This document shows, piece after piece, positions 53,326 to 64,000 of a DNA stretch of 64,000 nt (position 1 is its first letter; each line of letters begins with the position of its first letter). The position numbers were made by a program, and so were the translations under genes. The stretch lies in the NCBI RefSeq assembly GCF_006345805.1, contig NC_043000.1:125674001-125738000 (forward strand), in the 5' to 3' direction. This stretch comes from Octopus sinensis. Its lineage: Eukaryota. Below the pieces are notes generated by a model, which saw only the letters and a program-made list of their open reading frames with translations, had not been told where the DNA came from and did no database searches.

Positions 53326-55886
53326 AATGATTCTTTAGAATTACTATATAATTGAATATTTTTCAGTAACAACTGTGTGAATGCATCATTGGGTGGAATG
53401 CAATCAAGCAGTGTATGTGTGTGTGTAGGAGGGGTTGAATGCAACTAGGGTAACAGTAGGTGGAAAGACAAATGAGTTGATAGTGCCTAAGTGGAGGAGT
53501 TATGAGATTAGTTGGTGCTGAGTAGCAGAAGACAGCATGCTTGTGGGTCAGAGGCTGGAGCATGTCCCTAAGTGATTGAATGCTAGTCAGTTGAGCAGCC
53601 TTTTTATGGAAGCAGCTTGGAGTGTTTCTGCGTAGCCCGGCACTGTCCCTTTTGTGGGGAATTGTAGTCTTTAGAAAATTGCAATTGATATGATTGGCAT
53701 TAGAAAGGGCATCAAGCCTTAGAAACCATGCTTAAACAGATGACTAAGGCCTCAATGCAGCCAGTTTGTCAAACCATCCAACCCATGCCAGCATAGAAAA
53801 CAGACATTAAATGATGTTGATGATAATTACACACACACTTAAGAAGGAGGAGAAGAGGAAAGAGAGGAAATATATTTATTTGTTGGTGATGTTTAAACCC
53901 CAGATGGTCCCTGATCAAAATTGTTCAGGCTGTAACTATCCTTTCTTCCCCATGTATATCATGATTCATACACTGTTCACTTTCCTAACTTTTGTACATA
54001 ATTCTATGTACTGTACACCTTTGATGAGTTGTAGTGCACCTGAGCAGCACTGCAAACAATAACTTCATTATTATTATCTTAGGTATCTATACTTATATTT
54101 TGCTATGTATTTTTTTCTAAGGCAGTGGAGTGGGATTTTAGAAAGATTTGACTACTATTTCTAGCAAATTGAGTTACCATTTTGGTTCATTTTATGTGAT
54201 AATGTTTTATCAGGTGTACTCAATATCAGGCTGATTAATTCTGAAGTGCTAACAAAAAATATAGTCACTTAGCTACTTTAAGTATATTATTTTCTTCGAT
54301 TTTTACTGGCAGAAATGGTAATGCACTTGGTGAATTGTCTTAAACTCCTCTTTATGTCTAGACTTATAAGTGTTGGTTCAACTAGCTGTATAGATTGACA
54401 GAAATAATTTGATGTATTACTGAAAGAAAAGGAAAAAAAAAAAAGATCCAGAAGTTACAGGAATTGTACACTTAGATTCAAACTATGCTGCGGTGCAAGA
54501 GAACTGAATAATTTGCTAAGTACTAATATTATTTCGCTGATTAGCCAATTTGAACATAATGGTCATCTTAGTAACACCACACCATTCTTTTTAATTAGCA
54601 GTGATTCTTCTTTCTAACAACACTTTTTGTTCCTCAATTAAACTTTGAAAGAATGAACTAAACAGCATGTTCTGAATAAAAGCAATGGGATCTTCATAAT
54701 CTTTTATTTTTTGTTATTCTAAATTATCTTTCGTTCCCTCTCTCTCTCCCTAACCTTTGTCCTGTGATAATCACCCCAATAAATATTTGAATGAAATTTC
54801 TGTTCATTATTTAAAAATTCATCTTTTAAACTGGTGTTAATAAATATTAAGTATATTTATGTATTTCGTGTGTGATATATTCTAACACATTCTTCTCCAA
54901 AATAGGGGTAGCTTATCCTATTCAGGCTATATTATTAGCATTATCCTGAGTTTGAGAATTTAAAATCACTTCTTCAGCTTTCTAAGACATCTCAACGGTT
55001 CTAAAGCAAACTTCTTTGTTTGTTTACTTTCATTGTAATTTTAATTTAATATATTCTAAGATTTTTATACAAATATTCAGAACTTCTAAGCCTGCAGAAA
55101 AATTTCAAATCATTAAAAGTACTTGTCAATTTATATTATTCTATAACTTAGACAAACTAATTATTTTCACAAATTTGCATATAATTAACTCCTTTGTGAT
55201 TAGAAGTTTCAATATAATCAAAAGTTTTGAGATGTTTAGTAAGACATCTGTAACTTTTAACTTTATAAATTGGTGTATATAATATGACAGTGGTGACCTG
55301 TCTGGATTTGTTGGTAGTCTCTTGAGTCTAAGGAAGACGTTTCCATAATTTCTTGCTGAGTAGCCTACATGGGTGATTTGTTTATAGGGGTCAAATCATT
55401 GTGCTGTACATAAGCTCATTCTCTCCATCAAATTGACATTGCCTGTACAGTTTCAGAGTGTGCCACATGTCCGATGTCAAAGTGATGGTAGAGCAACATG
55501 AAATGAAGTGCTTTGCTCAAGAATACAACACACTGCCTTGTCCAAGAATCAAAACACTGATCTTGTGATCATGAATGCAACACCCCTACCACTTGGCCAC
55601 ACACCCTCACTGATCAATTATTTATATTATAAATGCCCATTAAATGATATTATAATGAGATTTTGATTGACACTTTAGATTAAATATGAATATTTCCATA
55701 CTGGCCTTCTCAGCAGAGTTGGTACTAAAAGGCTTAAATGCATGTCCTCGAGTGTCTATTATATATTTTGTCTTGAATTATTGTTTTTATTTTGGTGCTC
55801 ATGTCCTTATATATATATGAAATACTACTGATATCAATAAATGATTTGCTAGTAATTTTAATTCTCTTCTAATTTTCATTTTTTAG

Positions 55887-55974
55887 TGGCAAACAAAACC
55901 TACGGGTTCGAGAACACAACATCCTTGGCCCCTATGTCGATGGACTTTCAACACTAGTTGTATCATCATTTGAG
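55887..55974 (+). CDS. KIF13: Next KIF13-like motor-domain exon (absent from the ORF track)
   Basis: Acceptor ttttttag|; phase matches the previous exon (GG|T = Gly); encodes GKQNLRVREHNILGPYVDGLSTLVVSSFE; donor GAG|gtaaat; 88 nt. Confidence 0.95.
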
Positions 55975-56195
55975 GTAAATATCTTCTATTTTAAACTGTT
56001 GCCTACTTTCCCCCGCCCCATGTCTTTTATTGTTGAATGGAAGAATTTTTCATTATTATTGTTAAAGGAATAACTTATATTTTATTATCCCATGACTAGA
56101 GGCAGTACCATAATTTCAAAAACCTGGCGCTTTGTCAGTTACAACTATGAGTGTTCCAGTTGAACCAGTCAACAAAACAGCCTGCTCATGAAAAA

Positions 56196-56417
56196 CCCTT
56201 TTGATACCAAGCCGCCTGAAACCGCCTCTGGCTCTCTAGTACAAATGTTTTGTTTTCAAAAGTTCTGAATTAAAATCTTCCACCAAACCTTAGTCACAAT
56301 TTATGTTCCTAATACTAGTTTAATGATAACTAATGTATTTTACTAAATTCTTTGTTATATTTAAAATTAATTGAAAGAAACATGGAGCATCTCAACAGAA
56401 ATATGATAACAAATGGA
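56196..56417. mobile_element. piggyBac-type MITE (diverged copy) inserted in a SINE
   Basis: Same interior as 32477-32696 (caccaaaccttagtcacaatttatgttcctaa); decayed TIRs; TTAA at 56418-56421. Confidence 0.75.
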
Positions 56418-56814
56418 TTAACATGCACTCCACAGACACACATAGCCTTAATTCTCAGAGGTTCAGCATGACATGCCGAATGTGTGAAGGCCATCTCCAC
56501 TGAACTACAGATGTAAGTCATTTTCGCCAGCTGAGTGGACAGGAACAACATTAGATATCCCTAACCATTAAACCATGTACCCTCACCTATATATTTATAC
56601 ATAATCGCAATAAACCTTTCAAACACATCAACATTTAAGTTATGACAAAATCAACTTTGTTGTCATAAATTGACCGCTGAAGTAAAGTGATATCAAGTCT
56701 GATGTAACTCAGCGTAAATACTTTGAAAAGCTTTTGGAATTTAATTGTTTGGGTCCAACCAGATAAAAATATATTATTTGTATTGAATTTATAATTTCAA
56801 CTACTAAATAAATT

Positions 56815-56987
56815 CAAATAACTACACCTGATTTTCTCCTTTCCATACACACAAAGCATGTATCTGACTCATACACTGTTCACTTCCCAGACATTTGTAC
56901 ATTACTGCATATGCTTTATACGCACTTTTGACAAGTTGTGGTACACCTGAGCACTGTATACAATAATTTCATTATTATTATTATTAA
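56815..56987 (+). repeat. LINE-like 3' tail ending in (att)n; second copy at ~53962-54077
   Basis: Shared catacactgttcactt(c/t)cc...tttgtacat...gttgt(g/a)gt(a/g)cacctgagca...aataa(t/c)ttcattattatt. Confidence 0.6.
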
Positions 56988-59900
56988 AAGGGATATTTAT
57001 GGAGACACTTATTGAAAGTAATCAGTAATACTTCACTTTCCCTATGTAATAATTCAACGTTTATCATTTAAATTAGATTTATATCATATTAAGTCCTTCC
57101 TCTTGTCATGGATTTAGTTTTTCAAACGTTTGCTGACAGCAACATCTCATGCACAGCTCATATCACTACATACGTGTTACATGATTTTTTAAACTATATA
57201 TTACACTTTTTGTATATGCCCGAAAAGGCTGGATGACCATGGCTGCAGTAACTCCAACAATAAATCTACTTGACTGGGTAAAACTAGGGTTAAAGAACGA
57301 CAAAGCAACTACTTTATCGGGCACATGGATTTGATTACACACATATTTTCCGTGTACAACGTTGTTAGCTTGACGCTTTGTTTTAGGAAGGGAGATAACT
57401 TTCAGAACTGCAATTTATTATCTTTCTTTTAACATGACAAGCTTTCAGCGCAGTTCAAAGAAATTCTTGTCGAACCGTCTGTAGCGTGCGCGTACACGCA
57501 TACTATATATGTGGCTTTTGTCATAATTTCTCAATAGTAATGATTTTAGAGCAAATAAGGCGAGATTATGATTCAATGGCATGACGAGGCACAAATTTAG
57601 CTATCGTTATAAAATGCATTCATATCACATGTAGTGTTCACCCAGAAAAATGTAATATTTTTATATTTTGAGATTTGGTGAGAAAAATAAATTCATTTGA
57701 AATTACTTTCAGCTGTGATTTTTTTTTTCTCTCTTTTCCATAACTGCATTTGTAAAATGCCTTTGGAGTAGCATTTCACGATTTTTTGTTGTATCTCACA
57801 TTGTATTTAAATTACTATTGCATAAGTCACAGGAATGAGGGTTCAATCCTTTGTTATATTAATATTTATTATGGATCCTGTATTGTGATGCGCTACTATT
57901 AATGCCCTCTTCACAGGTGATGTTGGCATAATTCAATATTGCAGCTTCTCTTATTAATCTCTATTACAGCCACACTGCTAGAATTACTACTGTACAAAAT
58001 ATCAGTGCCAGGATGGAGTGGCTGGGAAAAGAATGATTGCTTGACAGTCTTTGCTTAGAAATGTGTTTAAACAAACTCTATGAAATTACAGGAGAATCAT
58101 TACAGAAATACCTACTGTATTGATTAGACCAAATTTGATTCTCTCATTACACACACACACACACACACTATTTTGATTACTATAGTCTGAGATAATTTTT
58201 AGATGCAATATTTCTACATATTCAAACTTCCTGCCACTACATTTGAAAGAATGTTATTTATTGGAGACTGAATTCATAAGACACAGTAAAAGACAGTTTC
58301 TGTTTTAGTGACACAAATGCACCTGTGGTATAGTTGACATTAATGTTGCCTGGAACCCAAATTCTAGCTTAAGCTTTTATTCTTTCCAGATGGAATTTGA
58401 ACTTAAACTCCATTGGGATCATTTTGTCTTTTAGCTGTTTGTAGTAGTAGTAGTAGTAGTAGTAGTAGTAATGCTGGGGAATTGGTCTCAGTGAACAGAT
58501 TGCAGATAGTGTGACAAAAAGTTTGATACCAAATTATAGATGATTGAGTTAACAGTTTTCGTATGTTTTTGAATGGCTAATATTGTCTTCCACAAAGTAA
58601 TTGCTTTAGTTTCAGCGTATGGTCTCAGATCACATCACTTACCAGACAAGCACATCTCCAAAATAATAATGATCATAATAATGATAATAACAATATTAAC
58701 TAACGTTAATTCTCAGGTGGAGATCTGGCCAGTAACTAAAATGCCCCCAAAATAAAGCTAAAATATAAAGTATAATAATATTTTCTACTCTAGGCATGAA
58801 GCTCGAAATTTTTTGGGGAGGTGGGGGCAGTCAATTAGATCGACCCCAGTACGCAACAGGTACTTAATTTATCATAAAATATAATAATAATGATAAAGGT
58901 GTGTGATAAAGAAGAAAAAAGTTGCTAAATATGGCAGGTTAGCTTGGGAGGTTAAACAGTTGTAGCCACTGAAAAAGGTGGTAGTAGTACTAATAATTGT
59001 TGGAGTCTGAGGAACAATAAGTAAAGATCTTGAGTCTATTGAATGAATATGAGTTGTAATACAAATGGAGCACTTAGAGAAAACGGCATTGCTTGAATAC
59101 TCCAGAAAATAAAGGGTCTTTCCTTGTTCACAGGCAGTAAAATCTGACACTGCAATACATTTCTAGTATTAGAAGCTGAGCAAAGAAAACATAATAATAA
59201 TAACAATAACAACAACAACAACAATCAGGCATGTATCAAGATAATTTCAGTAAATGTACCTCACCTCAAACATGTGAGAAAGATGTAAAGAATATTTGTC
59301 TTATTTGTTAAAATCTGTTTTCTCATTGTCTCTGGTTGTCACTATTTTCAAAGGTGCTTCTCCCTCACATGATGATCAGCTTTTTTGAAACACATTATGT
59401 TTTCATTTCCCCGAATATGTTAGAATATATTGTGGAAAGGTCAACTCTAACATTTTTACATGATTGGAATCTCTGCTGAAACAAGCTTTTCTAACCTCTT
59501 TGTAATTCCATCAATAGAGTAACCATTTGCAGGTGCATTTTCAATTGTTATTTTATAAGAAGATCAGAAAAAAATTGGAAAAAAAAATATCACTTCATGA
59601 AACAAATTTGTGTTTTAGTTAGAAATGTTTGTTCCATTTCATCCTACTAGCTTTTTTTTTTGATACAAGAAGCTTATTACTTTTTCCCCCTGATGCCTTT
59701 AGTTCCAAATATTTTTGTTGTGTCATGGGTTCCTCAACAGAAATTCAATGTTGCAATTAAAATAACTGAACGGCTTCAATGCAAATAGATGTAAGATTTT
59801 TATATTCTGGGAAGAATTTAGCCGAGAGATTTATACCTCAAGTTTGGCACAGCCAGGACTGTGTGGGAAGTTTGGTACAGCAGTTTGCACTCTAGGCAAA

Positions 59901-62900
59901 CTATGATTCCACATTGAAAAACACAACTCTGATTGGAACTAGTTTCAAATATTTAAATCATTTATTGGAAAAATTATGTCTTGAATATTTTAACTCTTCT
60001 GTCTATTTGTAATAAAAACTAAATATTCTTCTATCACAAGCGGTTATGAATTGGCAACGATAACAATAGTGTTGACATTGTTTCTTGCGGCCTTTGTCAT
60101 CAACATCATCATCATCATAATAATCGCCTTTATCATCATCATTGTTCACATTGTTAATCGATGTCATTATCATGGTTGGTCATGATTTATGAAATTTTAG
60201 CTCTTATCATGAATAAATTTCATACGTTTTAAAACTGATATTGAATTCAGTACATTTACAAATGTTTTTGTAAGCAATTATCTCGCCAAACTGAAGATAT
60301 TGTTCGGAATAATACAGAAGATATTTCAGCCTATCAGAAACTAAAGAGGAAATAATTATTATTTTCCAACATTCGCAAGTTAATTGATAAGAACTTCATT
60401 CTAGCTGCAAGGAAGCTAAACGACTTTGTTGCTTTAACGCCTCATTGATTGTAGCTGCCAAAGTATTATTCCAAAGATTTAGATATGTTCTACAGGAAAT
60501 CTGGAAATTTCTGTTCTCCAATAAAAACAACATTTTATGGATATTCTGTTGTTTAAATCTAAACGCTAATCGATTTAGGACATGAGTGTGCCCTAAACAC
60601 ATTTTTCCAACGCTAATATATGGAAATGGTTGTTGAAATGTCAATAAAGATAATGACAATGATTATAACGACAATTTATATTATATAAATGCAGGTATAT
60701 AGAAAGAAAGAAAGAGATATATGCTCTACTACGCATTTATCTAGCCTCCACTAACATAGTAAAACCGACATTAAAATAATAATGACTCTGGTGATTTATT
60801 AAAATACACAAACTATTTTATGTATAATTTTAATGCATTTTCAGTCTGTCAACACCATCATCACTGTCATCATCATCATCATCATCATCATCGTCAACTA
60901 AAACTGCAACTCTGTTATTGGTGTAGCTGTATTTCACATTCCTAATAATACGTATTTGCATTCCTCCGTTGAGATGTCACTCAATTAGGGCCAATTATTT
61001 CTGTGAAGATAGACTTTTACTGGAACTAGCAACCCTCGTGCATGTTAATTAATTTTCTTCTTAGCATCTACCTAATGAAATCAGTGGGGGGGAAATATAA
61101 ATCCAGATGGGAAATAAGCTTCTGATTTTGTGACATTCGCTATTGATTCTATTTGAATTTTCTTATAACTGATTTATTTCCCTCTCCATCTACCCATCCA
61201 CTCCTACCTTCAGACTTCTTTTTTCATTTATTGGATATTAATTAACGAGTGGGAGTACTTTTCTATTCACATGTACTTCCCTTCTCAGTAGTCCAATATC
61301 ATCATCATCATCTTCATAAACGTTTTTTTTTTTTAATAAGCTCCAGATAAGTGAAGTGCTTCACTTAGAGGCAATTTTCGATTTTCTGTATAGGTATAAA
61401 GTCACATATATATAATGTGTGTATGTGTGTGTATGTATGTATGTATAGCAAAATGTACCTAGAACACATTGCTCTACATGGCTTTAGTCATGATGCTTAA
61501 AACAAACTAAAGAGCATATAGAAGTGGGAATAACAAGTTACAAAAAATCAATAGTTTTCCCAAGGGCTGAGAACAGCCCCAAAATAAAATAAAAAGCAAA
61601 TTCTAATTGAACTGGAAGCCTTTATCAATCCATTCTTATTTCATGTCCTTAATTTCCATAACTCTCTCTCTGACTACTGCCTCATTACTTTGACAAAGTA
61701 AACCCCTCTGATCCACCCACAATACACATACAGTTTGTTTAAGTTCGCTGATTACAAACATATCTATACTGACTGTCATGCCTGCGATCATTCTTTCTTT
61801 TGTGTATCCCTCACATCTCCTGAACTGGCAAACTATTCTCTGCAGATATTTTACAGAAAGAATATGAATTTGCTGTTCAAAGAAAGAATAGAGCCTATCG
61901 TTTATGGGAAAATATTCCTACCTCTATTTATGCCAATCAACAATATCTTTTGCATTCAGTTGCAGCCTGTTTTGCTGGCAGACCACGTTTACATATAGCT
62001 AACAAGTACCCCTCCTCTCTCTCTCTCGTATTTTTTTTAAACAGCATCTCCTTTATTCATCAACCCAAATGACTTTGTCAGCAGATTTTTCATTATAAAA
62101 GAAAACTAACTCATTTAGTTCTCTCCTTTCTAAGTATAAAGGGTCCTTTTCAGTACAATCTCCCTCCTTCCTTCTATTCAAAGAACTATCCTTGAGTCTG
62201 TTGTTTCCAAGTTTGTGTATTCCTTTTCTCTTTACTTTCTTCCACCCTTTTAATCTCTCTTGTCCCCAAATATGAATCACTCTTTCAAATTATCCCCAAG
62301 TCTTTGACTTTCAATTAACCTCCACACTGATATGACTTAACCTTCACTGAAGGTGCCCAGTTCGAAATATGTACTCAACTGCACTAACCTCCAACCAGTT
62401 CCTTCCCTCAAATATATCAAGGTGTCAATTATATTTTGTAATGTTTCTTGATTGGTGTGTTGCCAGTTTAACTGAAGCAGTTGATGTAATACCCTTATAA
62501 TGTTTTGTCAATAGTTTTACATAGCACACAACTAGATTTGCAGTGAATTTCACAAAAAGAATAGTACTCACTGGTTCTTCTGAATATCTGCAGACCATAG
62601 AAAAGTGTTTCCCCACGTAAAGGTGCCGGACTTCGGGTCACATATTACTGGGACAAATATTGTATTGTGACCCCAAATCAAAGTGCAAACTGCTGGCTCC
62701 AGTTTACCAAACTGATATATAACGAATATCATCCCATTCCCTGTAGCTGGTCAGATGGTGGTAAAAAAACAAGGAGCATCCACTGTGGAAGTAATTGCAT
62801 CAACAAATGCTGCCCTATTCAAAATGGATGTAAAACAGCAAAACAAAAACAAATAATAACAATAACAAGGATTTCTTACATTTCCCCACTGCTGTTTTTT

Positions 62901-64000
62901 CAACACTTGCAACAAATAGTATCTGTTGGCTGGACATTACATGGCCAGCTGATATTTTTTTAATTTTTAAGTAACCGAAATATCATTATAGGTATTGCAC
63001 TCAATTAATTTGAAAATTTTCTAGAGGAATAACATTCACCAGGAGTTGCAGATAATTAGTTCCTTCAATTGTAGCTTTATACAAAGACAAACAGCTAATG
63101 CTGCAGGGTGCATGTACCGCAGGAGATGTGTGTATCACCAAGAAGTTTTCAGGTCAGGGTTCACATTTCTTGCTGACAGTTGTAATTTTAGTAAATTTAA
63201 ATCAAGCTGTAATTTACTCACTTCCATTGGCATTCTCTAATAGACTCCAGACAAGTTTAAAAAGGTATTTATCACAGCAGTGACAGCTATTAAATACAGC
63301 ATCTTGTGGCAATTCAGCCATTTCTATTCTTATTGAAATACATTATTTGCGTTAAATTATTACAATATCTTAATATTATCGCAACAGGTTAAAGCTACAA
63401 TTAAGCTCCATGAATACATAAACATATAAAGCACTTTTTAAACCGGTTTACCCTCTCGGCACAAATATTTTCCAAGGGTATCTTCTTGTTCCTTCTTAGC
63501 AACTCCTCAAAATGACTCTAGATTCCTAAAATGGTAATACTGCACTCCTGCTTTTGCGTATTTCCAATTGTAATTCCTGATTGACCATGAATTCTTACAA
63601 CCTCTGTATATGAAAGGTCTTTTGAGCTCCTATATTTTTCTCGTAGATAAACCATTTTTCAGCATTGTTAGGATTACAACAAACTTCGCTTCCCTTTTAA
63701 ATCAAAAAGTCTATAATCCTTGATCAGTTATTGAGTCTTTGTAAGATTCACTTAGATGCCAGTCTAAAATATCAGTTAATGGATGTTGCACTTGGCTGCT
63801 ATCAAAATCTAGCCACTAGGTAAACCTTTAATCTCTACTTCAAAAATGTCTTCTTTTTGGTTCTTCTTTCATGACCACAGATGTTGTTCTTCTCTTTTAC
63901 CTTTATGGTTTCCTTATCAAATGCATCTTTCTTTTTCCCTAAGTCCAAACTTTCTTAGTTTCTTACTTTATGCAGTTTCTTTAGAATATAAGGCTTTGAT

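Noticed and set aside
61700-64000. Possibly coding-like decayed sequence, including the Cys-rich ORF 62667-62963
   Set aside because: No diagnostic protein motif or splice-supported kinesin exon could be identified; probably an old transposon remnant but unsupported without a search.

Overview
AT-rich, repeat-saturated eukaryotic genomic DNA. The SINE families and huge (TA)n arrays suggest an octopus/coleoid cephalopod; this is inferred, not searched. The only host coding sequence I found is two phase-compatible, + strand motor-domain exons of a kinesin-3 (KIF13A/B, Khc-73-like) gene at 33272-33452 and 55887-55974, separated by a 22.4 kb intron. The neighbouring exons were not found, so the whole window is probably intronic to this gene. 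The rest is tRNA-derived SINEs (at least 4 families), CR1/L2-type LINE fragments, an internally deleted piggyBac with related TTAA MITEs, two non-autonomous Helitrons, microsatellites and a ~0.9 kb tandem repeat. The most interesting signal is a set of unrelated non-coding elements that sit at (TA)n tracts, tend to form fold-backs or partial tandems, and carry hammerhead-ribozyme motifs. One of these is a fully canonical type I hammerhead on the kinesin sense strand (22436-22502). They resemble non-autonomous Penelope-like or retrozyme-like elements. Almost all ORFs in the supplied track are microsatellite or repeat artefacts.
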